From assembly GCA_965644295.1 (NCBI GenBank), contig CBFFRP010000212.1:1-64000 (forward strand): DNA of 64,000 bases, in the 5' to 3' direction. A program made the translations under genes and the position numbers. The stretch comes from Paraphysomonas bandaiensis. Its lineage: Eukaryota > Protista > Chrysophyceae. This document shows, piece after piece, positions 48,817 through 59,445 of the stretch. Positions within the stretch are counted from its first letter, which is position 1, and each line of letters opens with the position of its first letter. The notes beneath the pieces were generated by a model, which saw only the letters and a program-made list of their open reading frames with translations, ran no database searches and was not told where the DNA came from.

Positions 48817-49366
48817 TTTTCCCTATCCCTGGTGCATATCAGGATATTGTGTGCCTCATATCTCATATCATACACACATCATTCAATCAGGTGCACTAGC
48901 AGAGGTTAAGCGTATTGTATATAAATGAGATTATGATCCAAATTAAGGCAATAAGAACTGCTCACTTTCATCATCACACTTATGTACGAATATCAACACC
49001 TTGCAATTTCCATTCCCTCAGTATCCTTCTGTGATAGGAGTGCATTTGTTGATTTGTTGTAGCTATAATAGAGAATGGGGGCTTATTGTTTGAGTTGATC
49101 TAGTGCAATTGCTATTCCTTAAGCATACAAAGTATACATACCATTCATTTGAAATAATATTAGTTCTCATTAGTTTACTTGTCAGGAAACACCTACTTCT
49201 TCTTACAGCAAGCAAGCTAGTAATAGTTAAACAATCTAATATTAATTATTCAACATCATGAGGATAAGCTACAATTTAACCTAGGGATAAGGAGTATCGT
49301 CCCATGTCTAAATTTTGAGAGCGGGACGATATAGCCTCCTTATTGCCCTTGGTTAAATATAACTAT
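48817..49366. repeat. ~550-bp direct repeat, copy 1, ending in a long imperfect palindrome (49274-49358)
   Basis: Colinear with 52239-52745. Palindrome atttaacc..gataaggag tatcgtccc ... gggacgata ..ctccttat..ggttaaat. Confidence 0.9.
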
Positions 49367-49522
49367 TTGGCAGAAAGGAGCACTTCTATGCATGCCCTGT
49401 AGTTTATTGTACATTGTTTTACAGCGTTAGACTAGAATCAGTGCAACACAATTCGAGAAAACATAATTTCCACTGGTACATATCCCACATCCACCATGAT
49501 TTCGTTGCCAGTTGCTCGCGAA

Positions 49523-50881
49523 TTAGCTTTTGGCACTAGTACCCATACACCCTCGAATATTAGTTTCTACAATGTCACGTTTGTATGTGTCTTCTAAATG
49601 TTTGTAATCTATCAACTGCGATCGCTTATCTATGCACGGATTCAGCTTATCCGATTTCTCAAATTCAGAAGCAGCTTCATAAATGTCATTAGGTAAGTCT
49701 TGTTTCATATCATCCAGTATGCCGAAGACCCATTGCGCAGCAGCCTGGTCTAGTTGTACACGTCTCTTCAGTAGATGTGCACATTTACCAAGGATTCGAC
49801 ATACGCTCTGCTTGTCTTCAGGACTCAGTTGGTCGACATACTCGTAGGACTTCATTTGCTTCAGAGCCAAAATGATAGGTTCCAATGCATCAGTAGTGAT
49901 TACGTATACAGTATAATCCCCTGTGTAATACGTAAGCTGTGAAAGGGTATGTACTGCAGAGGTTGGAATCACAAAGAAAATATCCCTTCTCACTGAAGTC
50001 TCCTTAGCATATTTCACGACTTTTTCAGTCTGCTCCTTTACATAACGAGGGAAATAAGTCATGTCGCAATTGGCGGGGCTCTTGGCGTCAAACACAATAT
50101 ACTCATTTCCGAGCGCTATAACATTGTCAGGTTTCAATTTCCAGGAAGAAGTACTGATGTATTCGATAGAATGCTGCATACATAACAATCTAATAGACTT
50201 CTCTACAAAGGACTCGTGGTCTATCCATTGGCGCTTCATTGCAATCGCTTGCTCTTCGAGATCTTTCTCTTTTTCGCGCTGGAGACACTGCATTTTAGAT
50301 TCTAACATGCTGTGCAAGGTATTAAATCGCGTCATAGCCTGCTGGTGATCGCTCACTCGACTCTCCTCCGCCGATTCCAAACGTGATACCCGATCAGCGG
50401 CATGCTGGTATCGGTTGTTCAAATCATCAAGCTTAACATTTAACGCTTGTATTTGTTTGTCTCTATCCGATAGAAGACAGTGCAGTCCATTTTTTTCAGA
50501 CAGTAAACGATTCAAATCACTCTGCAGCCCCTTCATGCCCCCCCTCATGGACATGTACTGAGCATACGCCTCATAGCTGAGCGCCTGCACAGAAGACCAC
50601 GAGAACAACCGCTGCCAGAGTGTGAGAGACTTAATCCGACTTATGAACTGTTCCAGTTTATCATGGTCTGTGTGTGTGTCATGGACTGTGTGTGTGTCAT
50701 GGTCTGTGTGTGTGTCATGGACTGTGTGTGCGTCATGGTCTGTGTGTGCGTCGTGGTCTGTGTGTGTGTTGATCTTGTAGGAGTGAGCTCTACAGGGAAC
50801 TCTGACTCTCGCAACACCCCACACACAGCTCCGCATACCCGCATATCCCACACACGACGCACGCAAGAGGGGCACTGTCAT
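49523..50881 (-). CDS. Intronless coiled-coil + PD-(D/E)xK nuclease-like (RmuC-like) protein with presequence-like and His-repeat N-terminus
   Basis: Open frame with probable start ATG 50881 (452 aa). A coiled coil precedes HE...KPDNVI..EYIVFDAKSP. Confidence 0.7.
   Translation of the reverse strand: MTVPLLRASCVGYAGMRSCVWGVARVRVPCRAHSYKINTHTDHDAHTDHDAHTVHDTHTDHDTHTVHDTHTDHDKLEQFISRIKSLTLWQRLFSWSSVQALSYEAYAQYMSMRGGMKGLQSDLNRLLSEKNGLHCLLSDRDKQIQALNVKLDDLNNRYQHAADRVSRLESAEESRVSDHQQAMTRFNTLHSMLESKMQCLQREKEKDLEEQAIAMKRQWIDHESFVEKSIRLLCMQHSIEYISTSSWKLKPDNVIALGNEYIVFDAKSPANCDMTYFPRYVKEQTEKVVKYAKETSVRRDIFFVIPTSAVHTLSQLTYYTGDYTVYVITTDALEPIILALKQMKSYEYVDQLSPEDKQSVCRILGKCAHLLKRRVQLDQAAAQWVFGILDDMKQDLPNDIYEAASEFEKSDKLNPCIDKRSQLIDYKHLEDTYKRDIVETNIRGCMGTSAKS
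50661..50768 (-). repeat. 18-bp coding tandem repeat x6, HT(D/V)HD(A/T)
   Basis: tc(a/g)tgg(t/a)ctgtgtgtg(t/c)g units. Confidence 0.95.
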
Positions 50882-51211
50882 TGTCGGACTAAGAAGGACT
50901 GCGGGCTGTAGAGGACCCTGACTGTAACAGTGCGTGTAGTGATTGTCGCGACACCAGCATTGGACATGAGCGTACACAACAACATGTACACAGGTACAAA
51001 TGTAGCAGGCCAGTATATACATATGCAGAGGTTCCTGGAAGGTATACGCAGTACGCAGCAGCAGCATACAGCGGTATACGCAGTGCCAGAACTGTATACC
51101 GCTACTCTGTATACGGCATAGTGTAGTGTGTGATCACCGCACTGCACTGTACTGAATAGTATCACCTCTAGAGGCTCATATCAACTCAAGTATACCACTC
51201 CACTGCAGCTA

Positions 51212-51792
51212 ATGAAGCGGTCAAAGAAGCATCAGTCTACGGCAGAGGAATATGATGGATCGAGTGGAGAGGAGGAGCAGCAGGAGAGGCGTGTAGGCGG
51301 CAGGCCGAAGAAGCAAAAGTCGAAACAGGTGAGAGTTGAGCGGCGCGGTGCGGTGCGGTGCGGTGCAGTGCATGCGGTGCAATCACAGCTCATGTGCTCT
51401 TATCTGTCAGTTGAAGTGGTCGGGAATATTTATTCTGGCTCTGTTTGTTGCTCCGGCTCTGTTGGGCGCTGCTGTGTATCTGAGTGACTATCTCTATCCA
51501 GAGGTAACGTAACGGCCATGTGTCGCTCTGTCTCGGCAGACCTCACTAGCTTATTGTATAGGCTGCAAAGTTAAGACGAATTAGAGACCCTCTCGTGCGT
51601 TGCTATTCTACTGCAAACCCGAAAAAGGTGTCTGAAGTAGACCATTTGTTAAATAAGTACAAAGGAAACGAGCAGAGACTGTATGCACAGGTATCGGTGT
51701 TACTTTTTTTGTAATATATATTTTGATGAATAAATTGGTAGATACGGAAAAAATATGGCGACGACTTTCCTGAATGTCGAATATTTCCCTGA
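51212..51792 (+). CDS. Small single-pass membrane protein (4 exons)
   Basis: GT-AG splicing gives MKRSKKH...KQ-LKWSGIFILALFVAPALLGAAVYL...YSTANPKKVSEVDHLLNKYKGNEQRLYAQIRKKY...FP*. Confidence 0.7.
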
Positions 51793-52238
51793 CGCATTGT
51801 AGTGTTTGGACTACATATTAATAGAAGGCAACGGGAACTGCGGTCCACTGTGATGTTTCTTACTCATCGTTAATTCAATGAAATTAGATTTGTTTAAGGC
51901 GTATTATATTCGGTGTGCAGTGGTTTGGCTTATTGCTGAATGCGAGCACCTGTGAATTTTAAGTGTTTATATAGAGCATAAGCACTCTAAGCCGAAGATT
52001 CTAATACTTACCGCATATACTACGGTACATATATATAGTTATATAGTACATAAGGTTCAGTAATACATTTCTGAGTTCATGCTACTATTAATTGATTGAC
52101 ATCAGTTAGGCACTGGCGATTTTGTGTTGAATTATAAAGTATAGTGGACTACATATCATATCTACCGTGCAACATTTTCTTAAATTTTACAAACAATGGA
52201 TAATTCTTAGAAAATATAAAAACATTGTGTGCCTCATA

Positions 52239-52745
52239 CTTTTCCCTATCCCTGGTGCATATCAGGATATTGTGTGCCTCATATCTCATATCATACATAC
52301 ATCATTCAATCAGGTGCACTAGCAGAGGTTAAGCGTATTGTATATAAATGAGATGATGATGAAAATTAAGGCAATAAGAAGCATTTCGTGCGACTACAAC
52401 TGTTCACTTTCATCATCACACTTATTTACGAATTTCAACACCTCGCAGTTTCCATTCCCTCAGTATCCTTCTGTAATAGGAGCGCATTTGTTGTAGCTAT
52501 AATAGAGATTGGGGGTTTATTGGTTGAGTTGATCTAGTGCAATTGCTAATCCTTATAAGCATACACAGTATTCATATCATTGATTCGAAACAATATTAGT
52601 CCTAATTAGTTTTAATATTAAGTTTTCAACATCATGAGGTTAAAGAGTATCGTCCCTTGTCTAAATTTTAAAACTCGGGCTCTTCGCCGTCGTTTCAAAA
52701 TTTTGAGCACGGGACGATATATTGCCCGTGGTTAAATATAGCTAT
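52239..52745. repeat. ~510-bp direct repeat, copy 2, with palindromic end (52647-52737)
   Basis: Colinear with 48817-49366. tatcgtccc...aaatttt aaaactcgggctcttcgccgtcgtttc aaaatttt...gggacgata. Confidence 0.9.
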
Positions 52746-53399
52746 AAATTATATAATATATTTTTAACTGTTTTATTTATTTATTTAACCCTACTTCCGG
52801 AGTAGCGTTTGAAGAATGGAAGAAAAATCATCGTCTTGTGCGTATAGTCCAGACAATATCAAAATCACAAAATATTATTGAAGTAGAATATTATATAGTT
52901 CGTGTTTACTTTTATTAAAGTATTGGCAGTAATAATCGTTGCTTCAATTCAGTGTTTCTCAAGTGACTCACTAAGTGTGTAACTTTTAATCCTTTTTTGT
53001 AGTTCGAGTACAAAGTTATCATGCCCTCACTGCCAATATGTATAAACTCAATTCCATTTCTTATTAGTATAAAAACACCCCTTAAAACTCTCATTCTAAC
53101 ATATATATGGAGAGTATAAATGTATAAATACTTACACTTAAGATATCAATCATCATGTGTGTTAGAATGCGTATGATTCTCTAAGATAGAACTGTAGTAT
53201 ACATTAAATGCAATGTGAATAACTGTAATACGAAGCCAAAATACTGTATAGCGATATAAAAACTCTAAAACAGAAGTATCATTACGATTCAAAATACGGA
53301 ATTTTATCAGCGGTTGTTATCAGAATGATGAAATCATGTTGGTGCTGAGTTTTATGCGCAATGACACAATTGTTTATGTATTAATAATAACCCATCTAG

Positions 53400-54100
53400 T
53401 CTGACGACCTAACTTTTCTTTAACGACCTAAGATATAAAATGCAGAGGAGAAATAAGGAGGACAATGTTGAGACACGGATTGAGAATTTTGAGATGTTCC
53501 TTATGAGGAAATATCAGATAGAGATAGCGATAGAGCTTCCACCAAAGAAGGAGAACTTTGGGACTCCACCATTAAACTGGAGCATTCCAACAAGTGAAGA
53601 AGGAGTACAGGGGTACTGGAAGGCAAATGCCATCGCTTTTTCATACCATATATAGTATAGAGTATAGAGAGGTAATCAAGCAATCTCCGAAGGCATTTCA
53701 GAAGTGTCACCTGAAGCACAAAGAGTTTGAAGCAGCGGAAGGAAGAGACAGCAAGTTCAGTGTCTGCAAGAGGAAGGAGTGTTGAGTTACTACACAATAG
53801 TAAAACATCCAATTGTGTCATATCTTGACAAGGAGGTCAGCAGAGTAAGATCGGTGATCTTCTAACTCAGTATGGAACCGGAGGATACGGCGAAGGAATA
53901 AAACCTGTGAGAACTTCAGGCCCTGGATCAGACAGTCTTTGAGGTATCAAAGATCAGCCGGCTTAAGGAGGATTACTGTAGTAAATAAAAAATATTATCT
54001 GTTACTTGATGACATTTCGATCAAGTGTTGTCCAGGAAGATATAAGTTCAATACTAGGAGCTCCACACACGACCAGATCTCGCCTATGCTGTCTGATTGC
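53400..54100 (+). pseudogene. Decayed Copia-like retrotransposon fragment
   Basis: TRPDLAYAV at 54067-54093 is followed by a stop, with purine-rich broken ORFs upstream. Extent approximate. Confidence 0.5.
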
Positions 54101-54498
54101 TGTCGAGATATCATAGAGTAAGTCCATGTATGTATCTGCAAAGTGTACATACAGCAGTAAATACCATTTATAAGACAATAATATAATCCTGTTTTACAAT
54201 TTACAAAGTCCTTCAATCAGTGTACATACTGTATTTATTTTACCGTATTCTAATTTAATGCCAAAATATATAGAAAGTCAAGATATATGAAATCCAAACC
54301 ATCGAGCGACTTGCTCTCAATATTTCTTGTTGAACATAGTAAAATTTCTTCAAAAAGAAAAGTGATACAGTTTAAATATAGACGCCCTGTAGGAGTAAAT
54401 GGAAGTAAAAAACTCAAATTGCTTTAACGCCATGTAGTAGATGACGTATTCAGTGCTATTTATGCGATATTTTCCCCTTGTCGCCGCCCACCCGAAAA

Positions 54499-57400
54499 CT
54501 AAAACTCAGTGTTTTTATCTGATATATACAGCATTATTTCTTTCAACGCATGAGGAAATACGTCGTAGAAGTTCAGACCAGCTCCAAGCTTTGCAGATGT
54601 TGAACTCTCTGGTGCTAGTAGTGCATTCCAAACATCTGAAAAAGCAGCAAACGTCACATAAAAACGTCAGTTCACGTGTAAAGTTACCTGGATGATTCTC
54701 CACAAAAGATTGGCCAACGAGTTTCATATGAATCCTCGTTCCGTCATCGAGAACATTGTCTTCATCAGATAATATATCAGCCTCTTCAATTCGAACCTAC
54801 AGAAAAGAGGTCATAATATTTCTATGATAAGAATCGCTGAACATACACATACCATGTGTAACAAAGCCTTCCGACAATTGACCACGCAATCGAGACCCTT
54901 CGCGTATGTGAGAGTGAGAAATCCTCTATCATGCATTTCTTCATCACGTAACCAAGTCTCCGTTAGTTTCCAACCTTGTATCTTAGGCGCGTCGTACTCC
55001 CATCTGAACGACCCTTGTACTAAGTTATCGCCAGGCTCAGTTAATGATAACACAGTTAAAATTTTTGCCACAGCTCTTTCATCCCGTCTTGCTAAGCACA
55101 GACAATGCGTTCCCTCAGGTTTGAGTGGGTTGAAAACATTAAGTATGCCGACACGACATATAAAGTGAGCGCACTCATAGGGCTGTAATACCCGAAATAC
55201 AAGGTCGAAATTGTGTATGTCTACGACTCTACTATATAGCTGCACTGCGAGCTCAATGCGATAGGTGCCAAAGTGTCGCGTCCTGTGATGCTTTCCAATG
55301 AAGAACCACCGCAGAATCAATGCCAGGTGCCTGGATCTAATAAACACTCGGGATAGAATATTCACAACCGCCTCTACGATGCGACTTGCCTTCACGCTAT
55401 ATTCAACAGCATCAGCTTCGTCAAGGGTATTTTCAGCAGCCCCCGAGGCTTCTATGACGGAGGGGCTGGACTTAGTCATAGTAAGAAAGGACTCACGTAT
55501 ATTCACTTCCTTGGCTCTCATATTACCACGACTAGAACTTGTCCGAACTGTTCGGTCATTCCGATCAGATATACTTGCAGTTGGTGTGCAGTCGCAGCCA
55601 CAATCGATATTTTTCGAATCAGTTTCGACAGAGGGTGCAATGCTAAAAGAAGATACAGTAGATTCTCGAAGAGTATCCACCGGTAGCTCAGTAAGATCAA
55701 TTTTTGTATCTGTGATAGCGTTTCTCCTTAACTTCATCCTCTGTTTCTTTTGAACCTCTTGATATTTATCCCGCTTCGACAGCTCCACCGTTCCATAATC
55801 AAGCACCTCGTCATCAATGCCACGTTGTCGTCCCACATGGCATTTCTCCTCTTCTTCGAATAGCAAATGACTTAAGGAGTCCGTTGAGTCGTTGTCAGAG
55901 TCGTCATCATTCTGGTTGCGCACATCCAAACCGTCTACTCCATATTTATACTCCTCTCGTGCCCGCGCGTTGGCATGTTCCTGCGACCTCAGAGGAAGTC
56001 GTTCATAAAATTTGCACATACAAAGCTGGATCTGCTCGGCTCGCACCGAGTCATTAATGGGAACAAATGTGCCATCAAACTTGAAATCACTCTTGGCAAT
56101 TTCCTCCATGGACTCGAGTTCATGCAACATCCGGCTTCTGTGCTGTGGCAATGCCAATGACAAGTTCAATAGGACGTTCACGCACCGCGAGTCTTTGATG
56201 ACACTTGCATTCCGAGGAGCCTTATCCGAGCCACTGAAGTCAAAGTATACATGCCCACGCTTGGGTATAGGATTGAACAGCTCGGTAGATATGTGTGCTA
56301 GTTCTCCATTCACAACAGCATTCCGAAACGCGGACCAATCGCCGTGTTGACTAAGATCCCCCGTGCGACCTTTCTCAAAAGCACACTTCGACATACAGGT
56401 GCGTCGATATCGTTCGTTTTGTTTGAGTAGCTTGCTGAGACATACCCGATCCATCTCCAGCGTGAGGTCGAGTTCATAGTATCCATCATACTGACCGAGT
56501 ATTGGACGCAGGGCGTTGCCCATCAACTTCACCAATTGACGAAGTGCAACCTTGTCGAAGTTAATCGTGTGCATCATAAACGCTCTAGCTTCATTGGGGT
56601 CTAGCATACGTGGTAGCAACTTCATTACTATCGTCGCTGAATCTCGTGTTTCTGAATACATGGCATTGAATATATGCCGTGCTTCCTGTTGACGCAAGAA
56701 TGAGTTCTGAATACAAAACTCTAACGCTGTGGACACACTCTCCACACCCTTTCTCACGAGCTCCATTATGTTCGAGTGCTCAATTGCAGTCACTGCCCTC
56801 GCATTGCTTTGGTGTACGTAGTCATCGCACACTTGGATGTATATCTTTCCTGTGTTTGGGGGGATATACTTCTTCGATGTATTCTCTTCCAACGCCATGA
56901 CAGGAAACTCTGTCAGACAATTTATCATGTACGTGGCCTCTTCCTTCTGCATGCGCAGGAAATCCAAAAACTCTTCCTCATCCAGCTCACCTGAGTTATC
57001 CACATCACATATATCCATTGCCTGTAGAAAGGCGTCATCTTCGAGACGCAACCCGACTTTGGAAAGGAGGTCCTTGATCTCCTCTCGGTCCAAACAGCCG
57101 GATCCATCCTCATCATAGGCACGAAACATTTCTTGTGCAAGTTTTACATCCGTAGCCGCCTTCAAGATATTGTTCAACCTGCTGAGCGTTACCTTTTCAT
57201 GCTCGTCCATCTGGAACTCTTTCTCTCTCGACATAACCCGAACTAGACGCATACGAAGTGCTTTGGGGGGGATATTCGCAATCTGGGCAGTAAGGGTACT
57301 TTCTGCAGGACTGGTGGAACGCAGAGATGCCTCGACTGGTTGGGGGTCATATGCACATGTACTAATCGTATAACAGGAGTTGTTAGCAACTAAGCGCAAG

Positions 57401-58870
57401 AGCTTAATACATATCGCCCGCTCGTACGGGCGGTTCAGAGCAAGTTCGTAAAACCCCACTGGAGAAGAACTTGGGTTGAATTTGCTGTCAGCGTCCTTGA
57501 TCATGAGATTACATCCCGAGGCCGATACCTGTACCCGACACCCTACAAAAGATAATCCGTCGGTAAAACTAGGTACACATATAGAGGTTGTGCTTACCCA
57601 CACTGAAAGGGATCTGCATGAGGATACGCCCGCCTCCCTCGCCAATGGGATTTCCATCCATTTTAACCTGTTTCAACGAAAAGTTCTCTTCTATTGCCAC
57701 ACAGATGGCAAAGCAGGCAGTAAAGTTGATGCCATTATTGGCCAGTAGCAAAGTCTTGATCGTATTGTTGTTGAGCAGGGCGTGACCAAGCTGTTCGCCT
57801 CCATCTCGCCCAAGGGTGTTGTACGACAGGTCCAAACAAACGATGTGGTTGTTAGTGGAGAGACAATCAGCAAGCGCTATACCTCCATCTAATCGTATCA
57901 TATTCCACCCCAAATGAAGCGTATGCAATGCACAAGTATTCGCCGCAAGTAGGCTAGCAATCGCCTCTCCTCCGGTGATTATGTCAGGTTGAAACACATT
58001 AAGCGTCTCTACTTGTCCTATTTTGTTGCTTGCAAGGTCAAGTTCCTCCAACACACTGTTTCCTGCTAGTGCATCCACAAACATACGGCATTCATCGTCA
58101 TCTATATCACTTTTCTGAAGAATCAGTCGGCGAAGAGAGCAAGAAGAAGTCTTCAAATATCGTGCTAGGGCAGCAGTTGACTTCCAGTCCAGGTGGTTGT
58201 TAGACAAATCTAAATGAGTAACTTGGGGTAGTGCAATGATGGATATCAGGATCGGACCAACGGAGAGGTCACTGAGGTTGTTGTCTGCAAGGTTAATTGA
58301 GGTCACATAAGGAAGATCTCGTAATGACTCTGCAAATAAAATTCCAAGCTCGTCGCCCATGCCTTGATGCTGAAGATTGAGTTCAGGTGATACTCGTCTT
58401 CGAATAATAAGTGACATGCGCGGGTTCAGGCCCCTTTTCAAGCAAGATGATATGAACTTAGTTCTTGGAGAAGTCTCACACCCCCTCTGCACATCTGTCT
58501 GAACGCTCTGCGCATCAAACGAGTCATCAGATGCGCCTTCATCGTCATCGGCCTCTCTCTCATAGCTGTATTCGAACCTCGTGCGGTCCATATCTTCCCC
58601 TCTGCGATAGAGGACTTTCCTCTGATTGGACAGCCATCGTATACGGCGACCAAACTCATGTCGAGCCTCCGCACCAAAATACTGCTCTAGTTTAACGGGA
58701 GAGGAGGAGCAGCAGGTGGGGGGAGGGTGACGGGAGGCATACACACCGCATGACTCCGCTATGCTGCTAGACAACATGGTACATGCTACCTGGTAGAGAG
58801 GTCGGCTCAGAGACTGCGATGAGGTGGACGTTACTTCACAAGTCTCGCTCTCTGTGCGCGTGATATTCAT
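54499..58870 (-). CDS. RNI-like leucine-rich-repeat protein with EF-hand pair (~1400 aa, few introns)
   Basis: LxxLxLxxNxI repeats (LEELDLASNKIG, LHTLHLGWNMIR, IVCLDLSYNTLG). EF loops DEDGSGCLDREE and DVDNSGELDEEE. ATG 58870; the 3' end depends on a predicted last intron. Confidence 0.85.
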
Positions 58871-59024
58871 GGGCACTCTATACCGTATACAGCAGTATAC
58901 TGGGACCAGGACACTGTACTCCGGTACTACACCAACTCTACTGCTGTATATTCACACATATTTCTCCGCATCCCAAACATGTCAACATGGCAGAACTCCA
59001 CACTTTCTCCGAGTTATCCAGATA

Positions 59025-59217
59025 CAGTCAGCTCGCGTTAAGCTGACGGACATGTACCATGGCAGAAGTCGTCATCAAAACGGAAGTCGTCGCCATAAAA
59101 AAAACTGGTTTTTGTTTCCAAAAACGGGGGTTTTGTACAAAAATCTAGTTTTTTTAAAAAAAAAACGGTTTTTAGATAGCCTAACCATATATCTGCTATC
59201 TTAACGCGAGCTGACTG
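59025..59217. mobile_element. Tc1/mariner(pogo)-type MITE, 193 bp
   Basis: Perfect 18-bp terminal inverted repeats CAGTCAGCTCGCGTTAAG (59025-59042 and 59200-59217), flanked by TA on both sides. Confidence 0.9.
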
Positions 59218-59232
59218 TATACATACACGGTA

Positions 59233-59250
59233 CAGTAGGAATTCCTACTG
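59233..59250. promoter_or_regulatory. Palindromic candidate cis-element CAGTAGGAATTCCTACTG in a bidirectional promoter
   Basis: Perfect 18-bp palindrome sharing its 14-bp core with 9835-9852. Confidence 0.4.
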
Positions 59251-59445
59251 CTGTACATACATCAGAGTCTATGTATACCTATACGGTATACTCTGTACTG
59301 TATGTACATGGAATATGGTACTCTAGGAATCCTGCAGCGGTACACAGCGGTATGAGTACGTGGATGCTGCTGCTGTGCGCAGTGCTATTGAGCACATTGT
59401 TATTATTCTTGTCACAATTCCATCACCCTGCCCTTGATCGCTGCA

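Noticed and set aside
50882-51067. N-terminal 62 aa of the 514-aa ORF
   Set aside because: It overlaps the TACAG-rich promoter tract; ATG 50881 gives a more plausible presequence.
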